64,000 bases of DNA from Eledone cirrhosa (lineage: Eukaryota): assembly GCA_964016885.1 (NCBI GenBank), contig OZ024742.1, forward strand, positions 319,176,001 through 319,240,000, read 5' to 3'. The translations under genes and the position numbers were made by a program. Shown one piece after another: positions 25,925 through 39,729 of this stretch (the first letter of the stretch is position 1; each line of letters opens with the position of its first letter). The notes under the pieces were generated by a model that worked only from the letters and a program-made list of their open reading frames with translations, was not told the origin of the DNA and searched no databases.

Positions 25925-26485
25925 GTGTCAGCCAGTGCCGGACTCCGAAACTGCAGTTCCGCTGTGAGATGGGTTCGGCATGGCCGACTGGCCTGTTCCT
26001 CCTCATAGTGAAGTCACGCGGAATCCAATACCTGAACTTAGGGTCTGCTGTGTGAACGGTACGGCGCGGCCAATTGGGTGTCCGTCCTCATAGCGGTGCT
26101 AACTAGTCCCAGGCTGCCAGAATCCAGTTTCGTATTGAGAAGTGTTCATTGCGTGGGAACTGCCCGACTTTGAAACTGGAGTGCCGCTGTGAGACTGCGC
26201 AATCAACTGGCCTGTCCCTCCTCATAGTGGTGCCATCCAACGCCAGGCTCCAAAACTGTGGTTCCGCATCTGTCACTCGTTATAGTTGTCATCCAGAACT
26301 GGGTCCCAAAACTGTGGCTACGCTGTGAGATGGGTTAGGCTCCTCGTATCGGTGCCATCCAGTACCGGGCTCCAAAAGTATGGTTCCACTGTGCGACATG
26401 GCCAACCCTTGTCAGACGTACCTCCGGTCGTGAAAGACCCGTCTAACCGATGCAAGCATAGAAAAACACGTTAAACGATGATGAT
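25925..26485 (+). repeat. Degenerate GC-rich tandem repeat (~65-75 bp units) ending in the RTE-type tail
   Basis: Recurring ccag..ccgg(g/a)ctcc.aaact..ggttccgctgtgaga...ctcctcatag.ggtg; terminates in cgttaaacgatgatgat. Confidence 0.6.
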
Positions 26486-26489
26486 AAAG

Positions 26490-26700
26490 GGCGGTGGATT
26501 GACAAAATCGTTAGAGTGTTTGATAAATGCAATGCAGTATTTGTTCGGGCCCTTTATGTTCTCAGTTCAAATGCCGCTGAGGTTAACTTTGCTTTTCATT
26601 CTTTCGGGTCGATAAACTAAAGTACAAGTAAAATACTAGAGTCAATTTAATCGATTTTCCTCTCTCCCTCAAATTGCTGAATTTGTGCCTAAATATGAAA
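26490..26700 (+). mobile_element. tRNA-derived SINE family A (best copy). Related copies ~4465-4590, 13612-13720, 30036-30525, 39325-39535; short reverse variants at 392-482, 11335-11435, 28688-28795
   Basis: Box-B-like GTTCAAATCC followed by aactttgcctttcatcc..gtcgataaaataaagtacc..ggccttgtgcc, repeated across the window. Confidence 0.7.
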
Positions 26701-27799
26701 TCATCACTATTATTTATAAAGACGGCAAAATCCTGATATTTACATGTTGAAAGGATTTATAAACTCGGATAAGATTCTCGCTGTTTTAAGTATACATAAA
26801 GACATTTATATAATTTTTTTAGTCATCTCCGAGAAGATAAATTAACATTCCGACTCGAATTGCCTCCAAAGGACAGCAAGCTCAAAAGCCGGATGTCTGA
26901 ACACCCCCAATATTTTCTAAAGAAATAATGTTTATTTTTTAAAGTATATAACATATTTAAATGAATATAAAATACATTTAACGAGGGTAGTATTGTTCGA
27001 TTCAATATACTTGAACAGATTGTTGTATAAACAATGCAACAACAAATACTGCCACTAACTAAAAATGCAACGTCGTTCGTTTTTGTACAGTATTCTGTAT
27101 TTCTTTCGAGTTTACGACTGTGATATAAAAGATTGCTCATATGTCTTACATAATTAGTAATATTAATTTTAACGAGTATATAATCAGCAGAAAAAATTGA
27201 GTGTATCTAAAATTCAATTTAGGCTTACATTTTAAAACCCTTTATCTTCTATACACCGAATTTACAGGAAATAGAGAATAAAATAAAAAACAAAACAAAT
27301 CAGTTTAAATATATTCAATGAAAATAAAGATTTGGTTATTATGCGGTGAAGAAAAACGATTTCTGAAGGAGCTGAAGACAGCGCTGGCCGAAACACCAGT
27401 GGTCACCTCATTTAGCAGCTCACCAACTTATCTTATTTTACCAATATCTTCGTAAAACACGCTGTTGTCCGTATTACGTTTTCAAATATAAGAAAGGACA
27501 GATAGTATTGTTTATATCATGCACCTCAATATATATTTAGATCATTTCTTTCTTTTTGACTCAAATTATAAGTTCGTGCATCCCTTTTAATATACGACTT
27601 TTTCATATACTGTATGAAAACGTGTTGATGTTAAGACAGTGACAAAGTTGGGTGAAAAGGTGATATTAAAGATATTAAGATTATATATTCAGCTTATATT
27701 GACTTTAGAATTGATGTCTTAATCCCAAGTATAATTAAATTAGCAGAAAATAACTTTTTTAATATTTGGGGGTTGGTACACATTTTCAACAGCGTATTT

Positions 27800-27840
27800 A
27801 AACCGGAAGTTGTACTGTATATGAATTTCCGTTTCCGTTT
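27800..27840 (+). promoter_or_regulatory. TPR proximal promoter with Ets-like motifs
   Basis: CCGGAAGT at ~27803-27810 and TTTCCGTTTCCG at ~27826-27837, 60-90 bp upstream of the ATG at 27896. Confidence 0.5.
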
Positions 27841-27895
27841 TCAATCTAGTCATATTGACTATTGAATGACGGTTAATGCATGTCGTACTTTCACC

Positions 27896-28046
27896 ATGGA
27901 TGAATTTCGACGCTTTTTATCTGATTGTAAATGGTTAGACAACTTAGCTCCAAAAATCACATCTGAAATAGAAAGTTTTCTAAGTTCATTGCAAGCTAAA
28001 GCAGATGATTGGAAAGAAAAGTTCGAAGTCCATCGTTGTAGTTGCG
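27896..28046 (+). CDS. TPR: Nucleoprotein TPR coding exon 1 (151 nt)
   Basis: Kozak-like caccATGG; MDEFRRFL...EKFEVHRCSC; donor G|gtaagt. An in-frame upstream ATG at 27866 is an alternative start. Confidence 0.85.
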
Positions 28047-30759
28047 GTAAGTCATTGTTTTGGAAAGCTGATCTGAATTTATATTTCGCAGAACTTGAAG
28101 GAATGAAATAAAATTGTGATTATTTTTTAAATCATTAGATGAGTATTATTGTTAGTATTAGTAATAATTAAAACATTACTGTTATTATAATTTATGTTGT
28201 ACATATCGACAATAATTTCCACTATTACTTAAAAGTAACCAAACTTATTAAAATAAAAACCTCTTAATTTTTTTGTTTTATACAGCTTATAATTCCTATT
28301 TCGCGGTCTTTGAGTATAGCGTACCACTTTTATTTTCTCAAACTTTATCTACTAATAGTTTGTGGAGGGGAAAGATGAACATTTTTTATGTTATCCTGTA
28401 CTGTTCCCACCTAGTTTTGTCATGGGATATTTTTGATGTAATTAAATGTTTTGTGCTTTTATTTAAGATCGGAGAGAGTGATTATATGAGATGGTTTCGG
28501 AATTATTTTTTGTTAAGATGGGGAGAAAGTTTAGGAAGATTTGCTTGTGATTCTAGCACGTCTAGTGACTATAGAAACTCTTCGATTTAAATATTAATAC
28601 TTATTTTTTTACGAGAAACAATTTCTTATAGTCTTTTTCGGGAGATAAAACTACAGATTCTTCGTAAATTAATAGTATCAATAATAATAATTGTTTCTAC
28701 TTTTGGCACAAGGCCAGCAATTATCCCAGTACATTACTGGTACTTTATTTTTTATCGACCCCGTATGGATGAAAGACAAAGTTAACCTCGGCGGGAATAA
28801 TAATAATGCTCAAGCAATCAAAAAAAATCTTGAAATGTTGGGTCAGTGCTCAACCAACCACCATGGTCATGTGTGTTATTGTATCATCTCCACTGAACTT
28901 TCAAGTAACTATTGAAAAGTTTCTATTTTTCGTGGCTAAAGATCAAAATGACGGTTTGACAAAATCCCTAACGTTATTTTCAATATATAATGATCAAATG
29001 CATTTAGGAATAATAATCAGATATGTATAGCCATCCCAGCTGTGTGCTACAAACTATACTTAATTAATGGATCATAATGTGAAACTAATGTTCTCTCCTG
29101 TGCTGTGAAATATTGTGGCAGGTGGTTTGAAAGAGCACTGCACACTCCACAGCCAGTTGTATCATGACTCTGGATGATTGGCAGAATAATAAGTGAGGGA
29201 TAAAAATAAGGATGGAAAGAGTCAGTGACATCCTGAGTTGTTTGTGTAAACCGTGAAAATTTCATTAATTGAAAATGATTTTGATTGCAACACGACAAAA
29301 GGTGCCCAGCCCACACTGCAAATTGGTCGTGTAGGTGTCATGACAAAATGCACCCAGTACTCACTGTAAATATGGTTGGCGTTAGGAAGGCATCCAGCTG
29401 TAGGAGCCAATCCCAAATCAGCTCTGCAAGAACAAGACATGGTCATCTGACCTAGCATTTCTCACAACAGGACAACTCGGCTAACCCTTGCTGGCGTGGC
29501 TCTGTCTCATCTTCATGAGGTTCAGTTTTTGTTTTGTTATTCTTCATGACTCAAACATACAGTTTTAAAGAAGGGGAGTTAAATAAATATCTTAACAAAG
29601 GAGAATTTGACATAGAACTGATTAAAAGGATATGGTATTAGAATAGAATTGTTAATGTTTCCTTTAGCAATACATGTAAATGCTTCAATTCATCTATCTA
29701 CTGCATAAGAAATATATTTCACATCCCCACAGAACTTTACTCAATACAGATTGGTGTCTTAGAAATTAATAAATTTATTTCTAATCTAATTAACACCATA
29801 AACTCAAAGTATTAGCCATTAAAAGCTATTCTGAGATTTAGGAAGTATTTGCATAAAATTTAGTCTCTGCTGTGGAATATTAAAACATGGAAAGCACTCG
29901 GTAACCCCTGTAAATTTAGATGACACCCAGAGAATGGAGACATTTTATCACAGCAGCCTTGATATTAAATTTTTCCTCATCTCTAACCCATTGTCTTTTC
30001 TTAACATTTATTACTGTCATAATAATCACCTCAAGGGCCATGGATTAGCTCAGTTATTAGTACATCAGACAAATGTCTTGTAGTATTTATTGTGGTCTAG
30101 TGGTAAGGGTGTTGGACTTATGATCATAACATCGTGGGTTTGATTCCTGGGCTGGGTTTTGTGTTGTGGTCTTGAACAAAACACTTCATTTGATGTTGCT
30201 CCACTACACTCAACTGTAAATGAGTACTAGCAATAGCTAGAGGATTAACCCCGCAATGGACTGGCGTCCTGTCCAGGGGAAAGTCTTGTACTTTCTGTCG
30301 CTTCAGGCCATGAAACTGGAATAAGCACTGGCCTAACGAGCGTTCTGGCTTAAGACAGACTTTAGATCTTAGATTTTTTTTTTTTTATGTTCTGAGTTCA
30401 AATTCTGCTGAGGTCAATTTCACCTTTTATCTTTTCAAGGGCAAAAAAAAATAAAGTACCAGTAAAGTACAATCAACTTTTTCATCCTCATAAATTGCTG
30501 GTTTTGTACCTAAATTACAAATCATTATAGTCATCTCTTGGGTTGTTTTAATGATTCCAGCCTTTGAATTAGAGTTATTGTATCCTCATTGTCAAGTGGG
30601 TTTCCGTGGTACTTTGAATAGAGAATAAAGAGCAGGAGAGGGACATTGTTGCTGATAGTAAATTATATGTTTATGTATGGAATTTATGAATAATGCTTTG
30701 AAAATGTGACAGTTTTTATTTACTATAAAATCATGTTGTATATTTTCTCTCTATTTCAG

Positions 30760-30864
30760 AGCAACAATATTTTGAATTAGAGAAACAATTGATCACAGCA
30801 AACACACAATTAGAAGCCAAAAACGAATCTTTGAAGGAATTAAATGAAAACCACGAGAAGCTTG
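30760..30864 (+). CDS. TPR: TPR exon 2 (105 nt)
   Basis: tttcag acceptor; EQQYFELEKQL matches the conserved TPR N-terminal EQQYFEIEK motif; G|gtgagt donor. Confidence 0.93.
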
Positions 30865-31171
30865 GTGAGTTCTGTTGAATGACTTAATATATAATAAACC
30901 TGGATGTTTTCTCATTTTATGTTTATGCTTTTAGATGAGAGGTTAGTTTAAGAAAAGTTCCATTTCTAATAATTCATATATCCAACCTTTGCTAGCAGGG
31001 AAAAAAAACTTTTATTGATGGTGATGTATAAATTGTGTTAGAATATTTCTTGGAAAAATGGTTACAAAAGAAGCAGAAAGCCTCTTAGAATTTTTGCATG
31101 ATTTTATTGGTTGAATTCCCTTCTTGTACTGGATTTTGATTCTTGATGACAAGTTTTACTGAATGTTTCAG

Positions 31172-31245
31172 AAAGCAAATTTAAAGAATCATCTACGAAA
31201 TTAAAGGCGCTACAAAGTGAGCATGAAGATTATCTCACCTCAAAG
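31172..31245 (+). CDS. TPR: TPR exon 3 (74 nt)
   Basis: tttcag / AAG|gtatgt; (E)SKFKESSTKLKALQSEHEDYLTSK; phase 1 to 0, consistent with neighbours. Confidence 0.85.
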
Positions 31246-32878
31246 GTATGTAACGTTTATTAAAACCTTGTTATTTAGTATACAAGTTAATCTTAACATC
31301 TTGTGCCACATTAAACATTAAAGTCTTTCTTTTAATACTACAAATGATCACAATGATTTATTTATTAGTAACAGTGCTATAAACATTTAAAATAGCAAAC
31401 TTGTTGTTTATACATTTATTGCACAACTTGGTAGTCAATAAAATACTGTAAATTGATGAAGATAATTTAGTCATGTATAACACATACATACACACATTAA
31501 GGAATTGGCATTGTGGTGCTAATTTAAATGTAATATCTTTATTCACTAATAAAATGAAATGTACCCAGTTCACTCTGTAAAGTGGTAGTGCTGGTGCCAG
31601 AAAAGAAAATTGCAGCCAATACACTCTAGAAGGTGGTTATCATTAAGAAGGGCATATGAGAAAGTTGAGGTCACTCAGACCATGACAACCCATCCAAACT
31701 ATGCCAACATGGAAATAAGGTATGGCACGATGATGATGAACATTATCTTACCTGAGGATATTGTTAACTAACTTGAGGACTGCCCTGATTGAGCAAATGA
31801 TTAGCCCATTCATTACCATATTGCTAATGAATTACTCTGCACAGTGAGTTGCTCCAGGTAGAGCTGCTACTTCTCTGAATTGAAAGATCACAGCTCCGAT
31901 ACTACAGACATGTGATCAGAATCAGAGAGGACTCTATCCTCACAGCCTGTCCAGGAAGAAGTGGGTGAAGAAGCAAAAATTAGTAAATAATATAACATTT
32001 TCATTATAAAGCTGATGTTTGGAACATAACCTAACAAAAATGTCTTCAATATGAACACTTTAAAATATGAAGTCTTGTATATAGAACAAATACCACTCTC
32101 AGGTAGTTTAGTATCAAGAGTTAAATGGTGTTCAAATAATCACCAAATCATCTTTCTGTATATCTTGAACTATGTTATCTAATGTGTTGTTTCTTTTTTA
32201 AGATGGTAGTTGTAATTTGAGGGAGATTGCCTTTTACAATTTATAACACGTCTCTTGTGAGCGCATACTTGAAGATGTATAATTGTAGTCTCAATTTTAT
32301 AAATATGACCCTTTATTAAGATATCTGAATAAAAGAGATTTTTTTTTAATAAGAAAATATACATATAAAAGAGTATATGACTGATGACTGTATAAATTAT
32401 GGTAATGTTCTTATATTCATGTAACATACATGCTCATAAAAACATTGTCATTCTGTTCATAATGGCCAAAATCGAGATGGATATTGTAGAATATTACCCC
32501 CACCTCTCTCTCTCTCTCTCTCTGATTAACTCTTTTGGTACCAAATCATTTTAAGTGCCCCTTGTTCTATGATTCAAAACTTTGTTTTTAAGTGTTTAAA
32601 TGTATCTAAAAATCGTCCATCATAATTTTATGTAAGAATTGTTATGTTCCAAATGCCAGCTTAATAATGAGAAAGTTATTTGACTAAGCCCCTCTAGATT
32701 CTTGATTATTTGAAAATCATAAGCATTGTCTTTCATGAGAAATATGGTAATGAAAAGGTAAAAATCCTAAATCTATCAGGTTTGAAGTTTTTGGGGTGGC
32801 TTTTTTACAGTTTACATTAGTGTACAAATTGTTCTTAAATATTGGACACTTAAATATATTTAATGTTTTATTTTGAAG

Positions 32879-32975
32879 ACTCAACTTAATAAATCAAATG
32901 AACAATTGGAAGCTGAGAAAAAGGAGTTGGCCATATTATTAGAGAAAAGATCAACAGAGGTTGATCGTCTGAATG
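32879..32975 (+). CDS. TPR: TPR exon 4 (97 nt)
   Basis: tttgaag / G|gtaagc; TQLNKSNEQLEAEKKELAILLEKRSTEVDRLN, coiled coil. Confidence 0.88.
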
Positions 32976-34535
32976 GTAAGCTTGGACCAGTTTTCATATA
33001 ATTTCATTCATAGAAAAGATGCAGTATACATACACACAAAAGACCATTTATTCAGAAGAGTTTTCTTCAGTTACAATAAAAGAAAAAAAATTTGTATTGT
33101 TTCATATCATTGTTCTATATATGTTATGTCTATTTGGTTTGGAATCTCTGTATTATAAAGGGTTGGTACTCAGGACATCTGGCCATAAATGTTGGATCAA
33201 AAAATTTCCCTTGATGACTCTACAGCTTGTCATGGGATTTGCAAAGCTAACCCCTCTTTAGCTGTGAAAATAGCCTTAAAAAGCTTGTTATAACTAATTT
33301 TCATAAGATTTTGTTGCTCTTCATTCAACCAGCTGCTTTTCACTCAACCAGGCAAACGTTGTTGACAGTGTGTCTTGCTGAGATGTACAAAACAATGGCT
33401 TTCAACGTATGACCATGGAGTTAGCAGTTCAACACCTTTACCATACAACCATTATGCTTCTGTTATAATGAGATTTCATATCTGCTGAACTCTCTATTGA
33501 CTCCTGGAATTGCATATTAACTACATTTTTATGGTGTGAACCAGATGAGAAATATATTTTCTCTTGGATACTTCATCAGTTTATTGCTGTCTAGAAGATC
33601 TAAGACTTATTGTTGATAGATAGGTGAACTGAAGCCATGTAAAATAAAATGTTTTGTGTACAGTTGATGTAAATTTGAACCTATGATATATGTAGTTCAA
33701 TACTATCGACACCATAAGTTATTGGAGTAGAGGCATTTTGTTCTATTTTTAGGAAAATTCCATCTGTCTAATGAGCAAATATTTTCTTGGAATATATTAA
33801 CTCCAAGCTGGTTTCACATTGTAAAGCCACATGTTACACACATCTCTCATTCACTCCCTCCATATTTCATGCTGAACTCTCTGCCCAATCATTGCTTCTC
33901 TTGTCTATATCCATTTTCAACTCCCCTTTTTGCTTTACTCACCGAAATTTATATACATCATTTATACTTTATTCACTTATCATAACACTTTAGATATCAA
34001 TCCATCCAAAACAGCCTCCACTATATGAAACAAAACTGTCTATTTTATATGGTTCTGATTTAAATTAAAATCTTCCAACTTCATTTTATATATGAACCTT
34101 TTTTATACCATCCTAATTGAGTGGATGGGAGATATGTGTACTGCGAGGTTTATTTCTTTGCAAATTAAGAAGTATGTGGCGCATTGCTTCATGGAGTGTT
34201 TTTGCAAGAAAGAAAATTTAAACTAGATGTCCGATTGTGAAGGCACATGGCTTAGTGGTTAGAAAATTGGATTCACAGTCGTGAGGTTGCGAGTTCAATT
34301 TCCGGACCGGGTGGTGTGTTGTGTCCTTGAGCAAGACACTTTATTTCACGTTGCTCCTGCCAGGAGTTGCGACCTGTAGATAGTATCAACAATGGAAAGA
34401 TCAATGGAAACATTGTTTTCTTTGTCTGATTTGACGAGGTACCCCACTCGGCAAGCGAATGAGGTCTGGGATATTGTCGATTGGTCAGAGTGATTAAAAA
34501 TGGTAATTAATTAAAACTCATGTCTTATCTTTCAG

Positions 34536-34639
34536 GAGAGTATAAAGAATTATCAGAGAAATTCTCTGAAGCTAATCGATTAAAATCTGAAGCTCTTTCA
34601 AAAGTTGAGGAATTCAACAGTCAAGACATTGTTGCTAAG
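34536..34639 (+). CDS. TPR: TPR exon 5 (104 nt)
   Basis: tttcag / AAG|gtgaat; (G)EYKELSEKFSEANRLKSEALSKVEEFNSQDIVAK. Confidence 0.87.
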
Positions 34640-34942
34640 GTGAATTAACTTTTCCATTTTTTTACTTCCCCATCCTCCTTTTATTTATATTTCTTTAATT
34701 AATCTTTTAATTTACTTTTGGACAATTATGTTCTGAGTCCTTGAATCCTTCCAGAACCACTAAAATACCAGTAAATATCTTCCTTGCAAAAAAAAAAATC
34801 CAGATCCTAGACATCACTTAACTAACAAGTAAAAGGATAAACAAATATTGTCATAACCTATCTTACAGATGTTTCTGTTTCATCTTTCATTTTTTAAATA
34901 TACTTTTTAAAATCATTTTGCCTTATTTCTTTGTATTGTTAG

Positions 34943-35056
34943 TACCAAAAAGAAAGATATTCTGAAGAAATTAAGCAACTGAAAAAACAAGTTGAATACC
35001 TCAATGGTGAACTGGAGAAGAAAATCACAGACCAACAGAATATTGTTAAAGATAAG
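34943..35056 (+). CDS. TPR: TPR exon 6 (114 nt)
   Basis: gttag / AAG|gtactt; YQKERYSEEIKQLKKQVEYLNGELEKKITDQQNIVKDK. Confidence 0.87.
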
Positions 35057-36112
35057 GTACTTCTATATACTTTTTTCTTTCTATGTATCCCAGTCAGTGA
35101 TGCTGTACTGTTATTGTTTAGGCCAAGGTCAGCCCTCATCAAGGTATTTCAAATGTGACCATCCAGGCTTTTTTCTAGACATACTCTAGCCATGACTACA
35201 TATATCCTGCTTTTTTTTTAATGTTTTATTTGTCAGAAACAATTTTCTTAAAAACTGCCTGATGGCTTTTCATGGACACTCTGAAACAAACAAACATATT
35301 AGTAGTTTTCAAGAGTAACCGTGGGAATCTATTCAAATGGAGCCTTTTTACAGTTGCTCAACTTGCTAGAAATAACAACTAAATCTCTCTGACATCACTC
35401 CTATTGTTTTTTTAAAAAAGGAATGTTGTCCTAGATAATTGTCTGGGGGGAAATGATCTGCTGAATTAGGCTCGTCTTAGAATAAACAACAACTAGTGTC
35501 ATATTACAGTTTGAATCCTGAAGATAAAATTCATTACATCTTTTATATATGTTGGTGACATGACAAAAAGCACCCAACCCACACTGTAAATGTAATTGGC
35601 ATTAGGAAGGGCATCCAGCCATAGAAACCAAGCTAGAAACAGTTCTGTATAAGCAAGATATGATCACCTGATGGGACTTGTTTCGCAGCAGGACAACTCA
35701 TCTAACCCATGCTAGCATGGAAAATGGACGTTAAACGATCATGATATATATACACACACGCACGCTCACTGATTGAATTCTGTCATGTTTTTATCCACTA
35801 GGCCATGGACAACTTGTGTATGGCTTGATGATGCACAGGGTTTAAACCGGCAAGAATTTTGTTACTTTACAAAAATTAAATAACTAAAAACATAAAAATT
35901 AAATGAATAGCTACAGATATGAAATGAGTTGTTCACTCAAGGCATTGGTTAATCTGAGGATATAGAAGTTACTTGCCTAAGATGCCACAGAATTATTTAA
36001 TAAGGAAGTTTTGAAGAGTAAAAAGACAAAAACTTAATAATAAGAACAACAACAATAATAATAATAATGTTTAATGTCTCTCTTTATCTGATTTAACCTT
36101 TCTTTATTTCAG

Positions 36113-36163
36113 ACTGCCCAGCTTCTTAAAGTTCAGTCTCAGCTTGATATGAAAATAGATGAG
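36113..36163 (+). CDS. TPR: TPR exon 7 (51 nt)
   Basis: Long polypyrimidine tract ending tttcag / GAG|gtaact; TAQLLKVQSQLDMKIDE. Confidence 0.82.
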
Positions 36164-36639
36164 GTAACTATTACTATTTAAGTGTAATAATTCTATTGCT
36201 ATTGAAGCAAAATGGTTACAAATTGTTTCGTGTGATTAAGCCATAATTATATGATGCATAATACATGTGCCAAGCCTTCTACACTCTATGGAAAAGGCTT
36301 CAGCTATCAAAATAGTACAAAGTAGGCTCGATCTTGAATTCATGCAGTCTTTATCTTGATATAATATTAGTGCATTTTACTTTAAATAAAGATGACAGCT
36401 GGGTTTATTTTTATTACTACAAATTACATTTGTCTGCACCAACCTTCTCTTCATTTCTACCTATTCACTGTCCTCACTTTTGATACCCTGCCCTCACCAG
36501 CTAAATATCCCGCACACCTCATCCATGTCGAACTTGTTAACTTGTTTCCTCCTCCAAAATCCTCGCCCCTGATATACCTCACCTGCCCAACCCATGCATA
36601 CAAGCACGAGAGCTGGACATGCTCTACATCTGATCTCTC

Positions 36640-37050
36640 ATAATGTTGTCGACACAAAAAGCACTAGGCCCACTCTGTATGTTGATCCGGTGCCACAACA
36701 AAAGTACCCAGTCCATCCTGTAAGGTGGTTGTGTTGGTGACATGAGAAAAAACACCCAGCCCACCCTGTAATTCAGTCATGCTGATGACAACAAAAAGCA
36801 CCTAGTCCACCCTGTAATGTGGTCATGCTGGTGACATGATAAAAGCCACTCAGTCCACCCTGTTAGATGGTTGTTTTGGTGTCACGATAAAAAGCACCTT
36901 GTCCACACCGGGCATTAGGAAGGGCATCCAGCTGTAGAAACCAAGTCAAAATCCATATGACCAAGATGTGGTCTTTGGTCATGACTTGTCTCATAACTTG
37001 ACAACCCGTCTAACACATGCAAGCGTGGAAAAATAGACAAATGATGATGA
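36640..37050 (+). mobile_element. RTE-tail repeat with tandem ~45-bp subunits. Related copies ~8916-9165 (-), 20040-20260, 20270-20520 (-), 24250-24840, 29290-29500, 31550-31740, 35550-35745, 37640-37835, 38175-38450, 63270-63430
   Basis: Shared aaaagcacccag..cacactgtaa..gtggttggcattaggaagggcatccagc..tagaaacc..catgc..gcatggaaaa..gacgttaaacgatgatg; the same sequence ends the RTE LINE at 1990-2170. Confidence 0.75.
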
Positions 37051-37292
37051 ATGCTTGTAAGCAGGTGCAGAAGCAAGGATGGACCAAGATATATATATTT
37101 TTTTCAAAAGTATTCTTTCTAGTTCTTTTACAGTCTCCAAATATATTTGGAAAGACCCATCAAACATCTCCTTTCTTATCCTCTATTTATCATTTATAAT
37201 TAAAAGTAAAAGCATTGTTGTTCTTGATTATTGAAAGTATTCATCTATTGCAAACATTGAATTTTACATTTATTATATTTTTTCTCTGGAAG

Positions 37293-37385
37293 ACAAGTCT
37301 ACTGAAAGAAAATATTGAATCATTGAAGAATGTAAATAATGATCAGAGAAAGAAGATTGAAGAATTTAACCAAAAACTCAAAGAT
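37293..37385 (+). CDS. TPR: TPR exon 8 (93 nt)
   Basis: ctggaag / GAT|gtaagt; TSLLKENIESLKNVNNDQRKKIEEFNQKLKD. Confidence 0.87.
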
Positions 37386-38493
37386 GTAAGTTTTATTGTT
37401 TTATATGGTTTGAACTACTTTCTATAATTTTATTTATACCCTTTGAATATCTTCTTCCAGTTTTAGTTCATATCATTTGGATGAATTTTATTTAAATCTT
37501 TGTACTATTTTTCTAATAAGAATATACTGCCTTTGTATTTTTCAATTATTAAAGCAATCAAGAATTACAAGCATTATGTTGAAATAACTTTCAACTTAAT
37601 ATAAGACAAATATCTAACTACTGAAATCTAATTTGATGCAATGAAAAAGTACCCAGTCCAACCTGTCAGTTGGTCGTTTTGGTCCCATGATAAAGAGCAC
37701 TCACTCCATGCTGTAAATGTGGTTGGCATTAAAAAGGGCATCCACCAGAAACAGTTCTGTATGAGCAAGATACAGTCACTGATCTGACTTGTTTCATGCT
37801 AGTGTGGAAAATAGATGTTAAATGGTAATGATGGTTATCTTTTACGTAACAATGGGATTTCAGTCCAAGATTTGAACACTGTTTCAGTTGGGTTGGTGTT
37901 TCAAGGGTTAAATAGCTACGCACAATTATATTAGTATGGTTTGAATAGCTTTCCACAGTTATATTAATATCACTATATGTTGTTTGGAGACCTTCCCACC
38001 GTTGAGAAAAATATTACTTTCGTTTGTGATTATTGATTCTTGTTTGTTTCTTTGTTGAGCAAATGTGTCAGTTATTGTCGGAGGTGAGGACAGACATCTT
38101 AGTTATTATGTGGGAGCAACTAAACAAACTTGAGTGTATCTAAGATTAATTTATATAGAACTACATTATATAGTACTGATACCATAGCAAAAAGCACTCT
38201 CTCCACTCTGTAATGTGGCAGTGCTGGTGCTACAATGAAAAGCATTCAGTCAAACTTATAAGGTGGAAGTTCTGGTGCCACAAAAAATACTTTCAGTATA
38301 CATTGTAAAGTGGTTGGCATTAGGAAGGGCATTTAGCCACAGAAGCCAATTTAAAAATAGTACATATGTGCAAGATGTGGTCATCTGACCTGACTAACCC
38401 CTAAAAATTCCAATCTGTTTTACCCATAGATGGTGATGGTGGTGATGATCGTTGCTTAGTTTATTAAAATGTTTTGTTTTTTTTGGTTTTAAG

Positions 38494-38574
38494 GCCCGTG
38501 ACGATCAGATCAAAGCTGAATTCCAGTTCCAACAAGAATTGCAGTCACAAACGAAACTGGTGAATCTCTACAAG
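38494..38574 (+). CDS. TPR: TPR exon 9 (81 nt)
   Basis: ttttaag / AAG|gtgaga; ARDDQIKAEFQFQQELQSQTKLVNLYK, matching the conserved F..EL....KL..LYK pattern of Tpr/Mlp1. Confidence 0.92.
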
Positions 38575-39575
38575 GTGAGAATTTTTTTTTAAAAGAAAAT
38601 TAATTTTTTCAAAACATTTCATGTAGAAATATAAATTGGCTGAATTGTCAGCATTTTCTTTGATGGTGTTGCTATGTGTGCATTTGTTTTATATTTGTTG
38701 GTGTGGGTTGCCTACAGCAAAGAAAAACAATATAGCATGTCTTCATTAGTTTATATCACACAAGAGACAACATTCTCAAATCAGATTTGATGGCTTCTTT
38801 CTAGGTCTATTTTGTACTACAAAAATATTTCACTATCAAGTCATGATATTTTCTCTTGTATTTTCATCCATACGCATCCATACCTGCATACATCTGCTCC
38901 TCCTTTTCATGCTCATACACTTTTCTGACTCACGTATACTCTGTTTCATGTAAGTTAACATCACACTTATTCCTCTTCAGTCTGTCAATACTCTGCATTT
39001 TGTTGTTGTATATGCAATTGATATAGGTCTATTTAATCAGGACTAGTGGGAATATAAGCCTGCAAGCAATCAACAAACCATTCAGTATAACTCTATATGA
39101 TCATTTGACCTGCTAAAAATAGGTCTGAACCTGCAACTGAACAATGTTATACAGAGATTTAGCATTGAAAACATGGACTCTCTATTTTAAAAACAAATTA
39201 GATATTGTGTTAGTTTGATAAAGTTTCATACTATAGGTCTTTGTAAGCAGACAGATTAGAATATTTCCACAGCAAGAAAACTTAGTATTAAAAGGCTTTT
39301 GTAAAGATATCTCATATGTGATTTGGTAATTGCCAGAATCGGTAGAGCATCAGACAACATTTTTCGTGGCATAGTTACGACCCTTTATGTTCTGATTTCA
39401 AATCCTGCCGATGTTAGCTTTGTCTTTCATCCTTACAGCATAGATAAAATAAAGTACCGGTATCATTGGTCGACTTAATCAACTTTCCCTTCCCCCCCAA
39501 AAAATTTTTGGCCTTGTGCCTAATTCGGAAACCATTATTTTCTACTTATGTTTGTTTTTTTTATTCTGTAAACAG

Positions 39576-39663
39576 GGTTTATCTGAAGATTCTGAAACTA
39601 AGATTAAGGAACTGTCTCGTGCTGTTTCTGAGTTACAGAACATGCTCAAGGAAGCATCTGAAA
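39576..39663 (+). CDS. TPR: TPR exon 10 (88 nt)
   Basis: aacag / A|gtaaag; GLSEDSETKIKELSRAVSELQNMLKEASE. Confidence 0.88.
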
Positions 39664-39729
39664 GTAAAGAAGACTTTATTATTATTCTGTGTATTAAAAA
39701 TTGTCTAGCTTGAATTCTGTATTGTTGTG

